52,508 bases of DNA from positions 1 to 52,508 of IMG/VR virus record IMGVR_UViG_3300036820_000468; one strand, given 5' to 3'. The position numbers and the translations under genes are program-made. Positions 19,551 through 27,434 of the stretch are shown here, one piece after another. Every line of letters begins with the position of its first letter. Positions within the stretch are counted from its first letter, which is position 1. This DNA is from a virus (taxonomy: Duplodnaviria; Caudoviricetes). The notes beneath the pieces were generated by a model, which worked only from the letters and a program-made list of their open reading frames with translations, had not been told where the DNA came from and made no database searches.

Positions 19551-19999
19551 CGACCTCAGTAAAAGATGGCCGGGGGCGCTTTAGTAAGCGCCTTGCCCCG
19601 TATCAGCGATTCTACCTGCAGGTTGAAAAATCCAATGACGGATGCTGGAGATGGAAGGGGCATTTAACCCGCGCTGGTTACGGAAACTTTTTCCTTAATG
19701 GGCACTCAGTCGTAGCATCGCGCGCTTCTTGGATACTCCATTTTGGTGATCCCGGAGAGCTTCAGGTCTGCCACACCTGCGATAACCCGTCGTGTGTCAA
19801 GCCAGATCATTTATTCCTCGGAACGCAAACCGATAACCTTCGCGATATGGCGGACAAGAAACGTGGAAACGCAGGACTCAAAGCCTGCAAGAACGGCCAC
19901 CCTTTCGACGCCGCTAACACCTACAAGCACAGGCGCAGGCGAAACTGCCGAGCTTGCAATAGCGTCGCGCAAAAACGCAGAAAGACGGTAGAAGCATGA
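19544..19999 (+). CDS. HNH homing endonuclease (HNH_3 / zinc-binding loop type)
   Basis: CWRWKG...GYG...VCHTCDNPSCVKPDHLFLGTQTDN; C-terminal CKNGH...CRAC; GGAGG RBS. Confidence 0.92.
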   Translation: MLATSVKDGRGRFSKRLAPYQRFYLQVEKSNDGCWRWKGHLTRAGYGNFFLNGHSVVASRASWILHFGDPGELQVCHTCDNPSCVKPDHLFLGTQTDNLRDMADKKRGNAGLKACKNGHPFDAANTYKHRRRRNCRACNSVAQKRRKTVEA

Positions 20000-20121
20000 T
20001 CCGCGGATATATCGCCGAGCTGCTCGTTGCCGGAGTTCTCTTTGCGTTGCTGCTCGTTGCTGCCGGCCAAGTCGTCAACGGGTGGGAACACATCGCGGCC
20101 ACGATCGGCAACGCGCTATGA
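19996..20121 (+). CDS. 41-aa membrane protein
   Basis: MIRGYIAELLVAGVLFALLLVAAG..., coupled at both ends. Confidence 0.6.
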   Translation: MIRGYIAELLVAGVLFALLLVAAGQVVNGWEHIAATIGNAL

Positions 20122-20231
20122 AGAAAGAACGTCCTTGGACCTGTCCAAAATGCGGGATCGGACTATCCTACGTTTCGACGACGCACGCCCGCGAACATAT
20201 CCGAAAATGCAAAGGGATTCGCCCTGCCTAA
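20118..20231 (+). CDS. 37-aa C2HC zinc-finger peptide
   Basis: MKKERPWTCPKCG...EHIRKC. Confidence 0.55.
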   Translation: MKKERPWTCPKCGIGLSYVSTTHAREHIRKCKGIRPA

Positions 20232-20361
20232 AAAGGCCGGATTGTACCCGGCCGAAACGTCCGCCCGTTCGCGGACGTCGCAGGAAGCAAAATGCCCCTG
20301 TCCGCTGCGCACGACTACGCCTACACACAAGCGAACGTCGTCGCGAAAGGAGTCTGACGTT

Positions 20362-20607
20362 TTGAGCGTTTTTCTTACCAAGACGAACGCGATCCACGAA
20401 GAATCCGGGCGTCGCGTTAGGACACCTTACGGGATCGCCACCGTCGTCGCAAACTGCGGCACCGTGCTCGGCCGGACCGGCCTGACGTTCGCACTGCGGC
20501 CCGAGCAGTTCCCAAAAAACGCGCGCTGGTGCATACTTTGCTGCGCCAGCTACTATCACAAGCCAAACCTTACGAAGGAGTCTATCGACGAATGCAAACT
20601 ACCATAG
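20362..20607 (+). CDS. Cys-containing hypothetical protein
   Basis: AAGGAG RBS before TTG. Confidence 0.55.
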   Translation: MSVFLTKTNAIHEESGRRVRTPYGIATVVANCGTVLGRTGLTFALRPEQFPKNARWCILCCASYYHKPNLTKESIDECKLP

Positions 20608-21449
20608 CCCCTCTGACGTTCGACCAAATGACCGTCGAAGTCGCCCACGATGACCGGCGCATCGCTTCATTGCTGCACGAACAATCCGAGGATACGACGA
20701 ACCCGCAGCTAGCTGCGCACGTGCAAGAGATCATCGACCTGTACCGCCAGGGCGTTCGGCAGTCCGACGAATCCGAAGCCATCGCTGCTAAAGCCCGCAT
20801 AGCGGTCCTGCCCCTTTACCTTGCCTGGCGCTATCAGTTCGCCGAAGCCGTCGGGCCGATCGCACTGCAGCTAGGGCATCCAGCCCCGGCGCCGGTCGCC
20901 GATGGGCCGGTTCTCGGGATGGCTCCCGTGGCGGTCAAAGCTGCCGACCTGTTCGCCAAGCATCCGCCGGCCTCGGCCGAAGGACCCGTCGCGCCGCCGG
21001 CCCCCGGCGCCGATTCTGAGGCCCTGGAGGCGTCTGACGCTACCGAGACGACCTCAGAGCCGCAAACCCCGTCCGCAACGCAGCCAGCGGCAAGCAATGG
21101 TGGCAAGAGGGCCCGGCGCAGTTGGGCACAATCCGACGTCGTCGCCCTGACCCGGCTCTTCATGACCGCCATCGAGGGGTCCGATCCGATGGTGCTATCC
21201 CAACAGTTTGCCGAAACCTACCGAGAAGACTTAGGGGCCCAGGAGGTCTTCAGCAAGGCGGTCGAACTCGAGCTGACGCCCGCGCCGCCGGCCGCACCGA
21301 AGTACGAGATGAGCGCAACGGACAAACGCGTGATCGAAAAGCGCGTTTGCGAACAGCTCGTGCTCGTCGACAATCCTGAGATCAAGCTGACACAACTGCG
21401 CTACGCGGCCGGGGTCCTACGCGAACTCATCAAATCACTCGCGGGCTAA
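20592..21449 (+). CDS. Hypothetical protein with Pro/Ala linker
   Basis: AAGGAG RBS before MQTT; ends before terminator. Confidence 0.75.
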   Translation: MQTTIAPLTFDQMTVEVAHDDRRIASLLHEQSEDTTNPQLAAHVQEIIDLYRQGVRQSDESEAIAAKARIAVLPLYLAWRYQFAEAVGPIALQLGHPAPAPVADGPVLGMAPVAVKAADLFAKHPPASAEGPVAPPAPGADSEALEASDATETTSEPQTPSATQPAASNGGKRARRSWAQSDVVALTRLFMTAIEGSDPMVLSQQFAETYREDLGAQEVFSKAVELELTPAPPAAPKYEMSATDKRVIEKRVCEQLVLVDNPEIKLTQLRYAAGVLRELIKSLAG

Positions 21450-21471
21450 AAACCGGTCGGTCAGAAAAAGC

Positions 21472-21501
21472 AAAACCGCCGGTCGTCTCACCGGCGGTTT
21501 T
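21472..21501. terminator. Bidirectional intrinsic terminator
   Basis: AAAACCGCCGGT-cgtctc-ACCGGCGGTTTT between convergent genes. Confidence 0.85.
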
Positions 21502-21575
21502 CTTGTATCCTCACATACGCCTGCGTTGCGGTGCAACCCTACAACGGTTCCTCGAACGTTTGCGGGGCCACCGTA

Positions 21576-22094
21576 TCACAGAACCGAGGGGGGCGTCAAC
21601 GGCGCGGGGGGCATCGGCCGAGCCGCATCTTCAACCTGGCGCACTGCGTTTTGTTCGTGCAAATCCGCAAAGGCCAAGAGTTGCTGTTCGCTCTCGTCCC
21701 GCGGTCCGCGCTGGCGGATAACCGCAATGTCTTCGGGCAAGATCGCACTGCCGTACCGGTCGATCGAGACGAGCTTGAGCATTAGGTAGTCCGTGCAGGC
21801 GTTCTCGATGCCCTGACCGATCGGGATGCTCTCTTGGGCTTTAAGCCCCCGTAACCGGGTCATCAATGTCGGGATGGCTGCCTCAGGACACCGGCCTTCG
21901 GGCCAGAGCAGCGTGATGTCAAGTTCTGGAACAAACCGCATCAAACAGATCCGTAACACAAGATCGGGTATGGAATGTCCCGTTCTTACATGGAGGGCGT
22001 TGAGGCCTTGCACGATGCCTTTGTGCTTACGTAATCGGCGGTATGCAGCTTGAAATGGTCCAGAAGGAGTTTCTTTCTGATACGTGAGCGTCAT
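21576..22094 (-). CDS. Hypothetical protein
   Basis: GGAG RBS, 172 aa. Confidence 0.65.
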   Translation of the reverse strand: MTLTYQKETPSGPFQAAYRRLRKHKGIVQGLNALHVRTGHSIPDLVLRICLMRFVPELDITLLWPEGRCPEAAIPTLMTRLRGLKAQESIPIGQGIENACTDYLMLKLVSIDRYGSAILPEDIAVIRQRGPRDESEQQLLAFADLHEQNAVRQVEDAARPMPPAPLTPPSVL

Positions 22095-22117
22095 GCGGTT
22101 TTTATCTCCGTGTTGTA

Positions 22118-22246
22118 AAGTAAGTTTCTGGATTTGTAAGTGTATGCGACCCTACACACACAGTATAGGATACTCCCGGACCCTCTCTTAGTCAATTCGT
22201 GTGTGTGTATAGGGTCGCACTTACTTTTTATCTCAGAAACTTACTT
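22118..22246. repeat. ~130-bp AT-rich nested inverted repeat, candidate replication origin
   Basis: AAGTAAGTTTCTG/CAGAAACTTACTT outer arms; TGCGACCCTA/TAGGGTCGCA and CACACAC/GTGTGTG inner arms. Confidence 0.6.
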
Positions 22247-23975
22247 ACCGTACAATCTGGAGCTTTTTGCTCGTTTTGCCCGGCTTTTCTTCTGTAGGCG
22301 GATCGGGGAGAGCTATCTCCCACAGCAGACTACCCTTGCGCCGCTCAATATCGAAGAAGCCGTCTTCGACCTCACGCCCTTTCATAGTCAAACGAGCCCG
22401 TGCTTTGCGTTCGTCCTTAGCCATCATAATCGTCGTATCGACGCACGCCTGTCCTCCTAAGGTCCCCGCACCAGCATCGAAAGGATCGGTAGATCCCCAT
22501 TTTCCCTTACCCTTGGAAGCGTGATCAAGCATTAAAATGGGCACTTTATAACGGCGCGAAAGGTCCCAAATCGGTTGAAAAACACGGTACTCAGCCCGGA
22601 AGGCGCTCCCTTTTGTGCTCACCTGGCCAAAGAATGCAGCGACCGTATCGATGCAGATAAGCCGCGGGCGCTTGCTTTGTTTGACCCACTGTTCGATCTC
22701 TTCAAGGCCGCCTTGACCCGAGATCGGCCACTCGATTGCCATGCGCAGCGCGTCAGGGACATCACCCGCGCCCCAGAGCGCTCGGACGCGCTCCTGCAGC
22801 CGACGCGGGGAATCCTCGAGCGCCAGGTACAGCACGTCGCCCTGCTGCGAATCAAAACTCTGCGGATGGTCGGCGTAGGCGTACATCGAAATCGAGGACG
22901 GGAAGAGTGGCTTGCCCGCAGCGACGGCCAACGCGCACTGCAACGTGAGAAACGACTTCCCGGTCTTTGGCTTACCAAACAACTGCGTGGTGCCGTCGAC
23001 GATGAAGCCTCTGATCGCGTATCCAAGCGTTCCAAGATCTGCACGCATGAGTTCGGGGGCTGAAAAGGTCGTGATTGGCCCCGGCTCTTGTGTCGGCGAA
23101 CTCGTCGAGCTAGCGTACCCGCTAGAACGCCCTGCTTGTTGATTTTTTGTAATCGAGAGCCAAATCTTCTGCACCTGGGCCATATCCATCGGCGGGGTAT
23201 TACACGCGTTCCAGTTGACGAACTGACGCCAGCACTCGTTCCACTCCGTTTCGTCCGGGTGAGCAAAGAGCAAGCGACCGAGATACTTGGTCGCCATATC
23301 GTCGCGTTCACCCTCAACAACGCCCCCGAGGGCATCCTCCCAGGGCCGCGATGCCGGCGACGCAAGTTCCCCGACGGTCGTACCCCCGCCTCGCACTGCG
23401 GCGATCCGCTCGAGCACGAAGTCGGGCAGCGGGGCGATGCCCTCTTCGGGCTCCCGCTCCCAGACATAGCTCACGCCGTCGGGATGCGGCGAGGGCGGCG
23501 CGAGCACGTAGTTACCCTCACCGCGCAGCTCGACGAGGTCCCCGAAGAGCTTGACGCCGGGCAGCGCAGCGGGTTTGCCGTCAGTTCCAAGCGGCGGCCG
23601 AAAATAAAAATGACGGCCCTTTTTTGCCCGGGCCGTCGCTGTTGGAATGTTTCGGAGCGCTTCAATGAAGGCGTCGGCTTGCGGTGAACTCAGTTTCCCG
23701 ATACGATCGTCGTCGATAACGACCGCGTTGGAGATGCGCCCACAGACGATGGCTATACCACCGGTTGGGGCTTGAGCCGCCCACTGCTCCAATATATCGT
23801 CTCCGACACGTTGTTCTTGAAGGGCTTTCCAGGAATCGAGCGCCGGTCGTTTCCAATCTTTTCGAGGAGCGGTCGTGCCGGCGAGCACGGGCATCGTAGA
23901 AAAACCAAGCGAAGCATAGCGTAAATAATGCGCTGCGATACGATTCACGAACGACTCGTCATAGGTTGGTTGCAC
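22245..23975 (-). CDS. Bifunctional primase-polymerase + PriCT + AAA_25 (RecA-like) helicase
   Basis: AVVIDDD, GRHFYF, RGEGNYVLAPPSPHPDG; EGERDD; Walker A GKPKTGKS, YLALED, Walker B LICIDT; likely GTG start at 23975. Confidence 0.9.
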   Translation of the reverse strand: MQPTYDESFVNRIAAHYLRYASLGFSTMPVLAGTTAPRKDWKRPALDSWKALQEQRVGDDILEQWAAQAPTGGIAIVCGRISNAVVIDDDRIGKLSSPQADAFIEALRNIPTATARAKKGRHFYFRPPLGTDGKPAALPGVKLFGDLVELRGEGNYVLAPPSPHPDGVSYVWEREPEEGIAPLPDFVLERIAAVRGGGTTVGELASPASRPWEDALGGVVEGERDDMATKYLGRLLFAHPDETEWNECWRQFVNWNACNTPPMDMAQVQKIWLSITKNQQAGRSSGYASSTSSPTQEPGPITTFSAPELMRADLGTLGYAIRGFIVDGTTQLFGKPKTGKSFLTLQCALAVAAGKPLFPSSISMYAYADHPQSFDSQQGDVLYLALEDSPRRLQERVRALWGAGDVPDALRMAIEWPISGQGGLEEIEQWVKQSKRPRLICIDTVAAFFGQVSTKGSAFRAEYRVFQPIWDLSRRYKVPILMLDHASKGKGKWGSTDPFDAGAGTLGGQACVDTTIMMAKDERKARARLTMKGREVEDGFFDIERRKGSLLWEIALPDPPTEEKPGKTSKKLQIVR

Positions 23976-24018
23976 ACTTTCTTGAGGGCGCGGGCGCGTT
24001 TGGGGTGTTCGGGGCACA

Positions 24019-24067
24019 AGTATAAGTCGGCAGGGTCTTGACCGCAAGACCGGCGTAACGCTACAAT
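24019..24067. promoter_or_regulatory. Back-to-back promoters with a palindromic operator over both -35 boxes
   Basis: Plus: TTGACC-18-TACAAT; minus: TTGCGG-17-TATACT; GGTCTTG-ACCG-CAAGACC at 24034-24051. Confidence 0.7.
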
Positions 24068-24102
24068 CCCGGGTGCAACCCTGCTATTAGGAGGCTCACG
24101 TT

Positions 24103-24225
24103 ATGAAGAAAGCAACTCTGCTCCGGCTACGCGAGTTCGTGCTCGTCCTTATCGTGGCGAGTGTTTTTGGTGTGATCTGCGCGCTCGTTTATAACAGCGC
24201 CGCGCCGCAGTCGTTCCCGCACTAA
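24103..24225 (+). CDS. 40-aa membrane protein
   Basis: AGGAGG RBS; MKKATLLRLREFVLVLIVASVFGVICALVY. Confidence 0.65.
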   Translation: MKKATLLRLREFVLVLIVASVFGVICALVYNSAAPQSFPH

Positions 24226-24347
24226 TGGGAACAAACGCACCGATCGTACGTGAATACGAGGTACCCGAACCGAAAGACAATCCGCTGCCGCAGTCGTTGC
24301 CCGCAATGCCGAGCAAGCCGCCGGTGGAAGATCCGGTACCCGCATGA
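24225..24347 (+). CDS. 40-aa Pro-rich peptide
   Basis: TAATG and ATGA coupling on both sides. Confidence 0.55.
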   Translation: MGTNAPIVREYEVPEPKDNPLPQSLPAMPSKPPVEDPVPA

Positions 24348-25114
24348 GTCACGAACCTTTAAGCGACGCGTACAAAAAAGCGTACGACGCAGTAATGAAA
24401 GATTTGCGTGCCTTCGAGTTCGCGCCGATGCCGTTTCCGTTTTACGAGGGTATCCCACCGAAGCCGACCGGTTTTAGCGTCGCCGAACTGCTTGGGCTAT
24501 ACGTTCCAAAGGACGACGATCCGTACGTTTTAGATAAAGACACACAGCTTTTTCTTCCGCGCGATTACGATCGTTACGCTTATTACCCTTCCAGTTCTAG
24601 TTTCCTGAATGCGCTAATGCCGCCGCCGCCTTCGCCGTGCTGCTATCCGCGCTCGTGGCCGAACTATATGCCGTGGTCGTGGCTTATTGACGACGAGCCG
24701 AAAACGGTAGTACCGCCGAAACCGGAAAAGGTAAAGCAAGATACGTGCGTCGTCGGGTACCGCAACTGGCTTTTGCTATTCGTCGGCGAGCAGCAAGTGC
24801 TACTGCGATCAACGGCCGTTCGTCACTACGTTTGGCCGCCGGGCGAAGCCGCAAAAGGTGAGTCGCCAACCGGTAACGGGCTGTACGCGTATACAACTTT
24901 GAAGCGGGCACGGGCCAATGCGTACGGTACCGACGTACTTGGTCATGTCAAACTTTGGGGCACGGTTTACGAACATTCCGACGGTGTCTTTCGTGGCGGG
25001 CGCGGGTATCCCACAAAACTTTTAGTTCACAAAGACGTAAAGAACGCGAAGAACGTCGCGCAGATGCTCGCACGGGCTTACGGATGCGACGTCGTTGTCG
25101 GCTACGACGACTGA
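24344..25114 (+). CDS. Hypothetical phage protein
   Basis: C-terminal GYR.W...L.S...WP...GLYA...G.V.LWG.V.EH..G.R pattern. Confidence 0.75.
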   Translation: MSHEPLSDAYKKAYDAVMKDLRAFEFAPMPFPFYEGIPPKPTGFSVAELLGLYVPKDDDPYVLDKDTQLFLPRDYDRYAYYPSSSSFLNALMPPPPSPCCYPRSWPNYMPWSWLIDDEPKTVVPPKPEKVKQDTCVVGYRNWLLLFVGEQQVLLRSTAVRHYVWPPGEAAKGESPTGNGLYAYTTLKRARANAYGTDVLGHVKLWGTVYEHSDGVFRGGRGYPTKLLVHKDVKNAKNVAQMLARAYGCDVVVGYDD

Positions 25115-27434
25115 GTATTGGGCGCACCAGCTCGCTGACGCCCAACAGTATGCAGCAGTTCCCGGACACTTTCGCTTCTGGGATCCACGAACCGGGAAAA
25201 CGCGCGGCACTGTATTAGAGATCGCGATCTGGATTCAGCAGTTCGGAATCAAAAAGATTCTGATCGTTGCGCCTGTTGACGGCTGCAGCGTTTGGCTCAA
25301 AGAGGACGAGCTTGGACGCTTTGACGCTAGCAAGGTTTGCATCGTCGATCTTTCGACCGACGATCCGATTCGCGAACGCAGCCTCGTTTTGGGGTCGCTC
25401 AAGCAGGTGCGACCAACGATCGTCGTCGTCAACCGCGACGTCATTTTCCGCAAGCGCATCGTTACGAAGACCAAAGAAGTTCCCGACGTCTTCGCCGGCA
25501 CGACGGAGATCAGCAGCACGAAGCATTACGCCGGGCTGCTTGACGCATTGCTCAAATGGGGGCCCGAAGCGGTCGTGCTTGACGAGTGTGTGCCTGCTGG
25601 GACGCTAGTATCAACGCCTTATGGCGACATCCCCATTGAAGCATTAACCGTAGGAGCCGTGGTTTGGGGTTTTGACGAAGCGGCGGGAACACGTATCCCT
25701 GCTATTGTGACACAGACGTTTGCGCAACGATCGACAGCGCCTCTCGTTAAAATAAATGATGTTACGATGACCGCAAATCATCCAGTCTGGATCGGTACTG
25801 AATATATTGCAGCGGGTCGCTTGCAGGATAATGCTTTAGTGTACTACACTACTACAAATGATCCTAGCCAAAAAATGCGCCCGGTGCGCGCGTCGGTTCG
25901 AGTACATCAAGACAACCCGAACACGCAAGTTCTGCTCCAATCGTTGCAGCAATGCTGCAACATTAGAAGGCAAGAACTTTCGGGGTTACATCACTTCGAA
26001 ACGCAACCCGTTTCGAACCCGAGAAGTACAGATAAAGGCTTTAGCTGCGAGCAAAGCTCACGGCTACGCGCATCTAACGGGGGGGAATGGCACGGGGATA
26101 ACTCACCCTCAAGCCTTGCTGCTGGAGCAACTGACCGACTGGGTTCCATCGTTTTGGATTCGTTTAGAAGGGACACTTTACGAGATCGATATAGCGCATC
26201 CAGCGCTACAGATCGCAATAGAGGTAGATGGACAGAGTCACAACGCCAAAACGGTTCGTGCTCGCGACGCTCGCAAGGACAAGCGCTTACGGATGGCGGG
26301 ATGGGTGGTAGTCCGGATTTGGAACAAAGAGATTTTGCGGGACCTTCCCAAAGTTCTCAAGCGATTACAGTCTATAACATTGAAACGTCAACGGGTAACT
26401 ACTTCGCGGGAGGTTTAGCCGTACATAACTGCCACGATTATCGCCGGATCTCCAGCAAACGCGGACAGGCTGCCGAAGCGCTGGCCAAGCGGGCGCGTTT
26501 CCGACGCGGGCTCTCCGGTACGCCCGATCCGCGCGATTACCTGGACTTTTACGGGCAGTATAAGATCGTCGCACCACACGTCTTTGGAACCCGTAAATCC
26601 GATTTCCAAGACCGATACTGCAAAATGTCGTATCATTTTCCGAACAAGGTAGATGGCTACCGGAACGTGGAGGAGCTTCGTGCCAAACTTTTTTCCGTGG
26701 CGTCACGCGTCCGACAAGAAGACTGCTTCGATATGCCCGAAATCCTACCCGACATCTTCGTTGACGTTCCACTCTCACGACTTGCTCGGGAGCTTTATTC
26801 CGAGCTTACCGCTAATTACGTTGCTGAGTTCCTCGGGATCGAACTCGACGCGACCCACCAGCTCTCGCGGCTGACCATCCTGCACCAGCTCGCCCAGGGC
26901 TTCGTACGCGACGAGCAAGGTAACCCCGAATGGGTCTTTGACGGTAAGATCAAAGCCGCGCACGATTACATCGAAGAGATGCTGCGCGCCGATAAGCGTG
27001 TGGTCGTCTACCATCACTATACGCCCGAAGGCGAACGGCTCTTTAACGAGTGCGTCAAAGAGTACGGCGCAAAGCGGGTCGGGCGTTTGAGCGGCGGCGT
27101 CACGCGGCTCGACCGCTCGCCACACCCGTTTGCCGACCGTCCGCAGATGCGCGTCTTCGTTGCCCAAGAGAGCACCGCGCAGTTGGCCATCAGTCTGCGC
27201 GAAGCCGATCACGTGCTCTGGTACTCCTGGGGCCCGGCCGCCGATGTGAACTATCAGGCCCGCCAGCGAATCTTCGATGAGCGCTCCAAGAAGCCGCACG
27301 GGCTCTCATATACGTTCTTACGCAGCGTCAACACAGCGGACGCGTTCATGACCAACACGATCGCGCGCAAGCGCACGGCCTCACAAATGCTACTGGACTT
27401 TGGCTTTGCAAAAGCCGCTAAGGGAGAAGCGTAA
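25095..27434 (+). CDS. SNF2-like SF2 helicase with intein
   Basis: DPRTGKT, ILIVAP, VLDE|CH split by intein, LSGTP, ISL..A, QARQRI. Confidence 0.9.
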   Translation: MSATTTEYWAHQLADAQQYAAVPGHFRFWDPRTGKTRGTVLEIAIWIQQFGIKKILIVAPVDGCSVWLKEDELGRFDASKVCIVDLSTDDPIRERSLVLGSLKQVRPTIVVVNRDVIFRKRIVTKTKEVPDVFAGTTEISSTKHYAGLLDALLKWGPEAVVLDECVPAGTLVSTPYGDIPIEALTVGAVVWGFDEAAGTRIPAIVTQTFAQRSTAPLVKINDVTMTANHPVWIGTEYIAAGRLQDNALVYYTTTNDPSQKMRPVRASVRVHQDNPNTQVLLQSLQQCCNIRRQELSGLHHFETQPVSNPRSTDKGFSCEQSSRLRASNGGEWHGDNSPSSLAAGATDRLGSIVLDSFRRDTLRDRYSASSATDRNRGRWTESQRQNGSCSRRSQGQALTDGGMGGSPDLEQRDFAGPSQSSQAITVYNIETSTGNYFAGGLAVHNCHDYRRISSKRGQAAEALAKRARFRRGLSGTPDPRDYLDFYGQYKIVAPHVFGTRKSDFQDRYCKMSYHFPNKVDGYRNVEELRAKLFSVASRVRQEDCFDMPEILPDIFVDVPLSRLARELYSELTANYVAEFLGIELDATHQLSRLTILHQLAQGFVRDEQGNPEWVFDGKIKAAHDYIEEMLRADKRVVVYHHYTPEGERLFNECVKEYGAKRVGRLSGGVTRLDRSPHPFADRPQMRVFVAQESTAQLAISLREADHVLWYSWGPAADVNYQARQRIFDERSKKPHGLSYTFLRSVNTADAFMTNTIARKRTASQMLLDFGFAKAAKGEA
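25821..25850 (+). promoter_or_regulatory. Intein-internal promoter for the nested endonuclease, leaderless
   Basis: TTGCAG-18-TACACT-7-ATG(25858). Confidence 0.5.
25858..26418 (+). CDS. Vsr/DUF559-type endonuclease nested in the +1 frame of the intein
   Basis: CARC...FCSNRC zinc finger; YEIDIA...IAIEVDGQSH...DARKDKRL...GW.VVRIWN. Confidence 0.85.
   Translation: MILAKKCARCARRFEYIKTTRTRKFCSNRCSNAATLEGKNFRGYITSKRNPFRTREVQIKALAASKAHGYAHLTGGNGTGITHPQALLLEQLTDWVPSFWIRLEGTLYEIDIAHPALQIAIEVDGQSHNAKTVRARDARKDKRLRMAGWVVVRIWNKEILRDLPKVLKRLQSITLKRQRVTTSREV

Larger units (their letters stand above)
25587..26429 (+). mobile_element. 281-aa intein in the helicase DECH motif
   Basis: DE|CVPAGTLV, TANHP block B, VYNIET..GNYFAGGLAVHN|C; no in-frame endonuclease motif. 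Confidence 0.93.
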
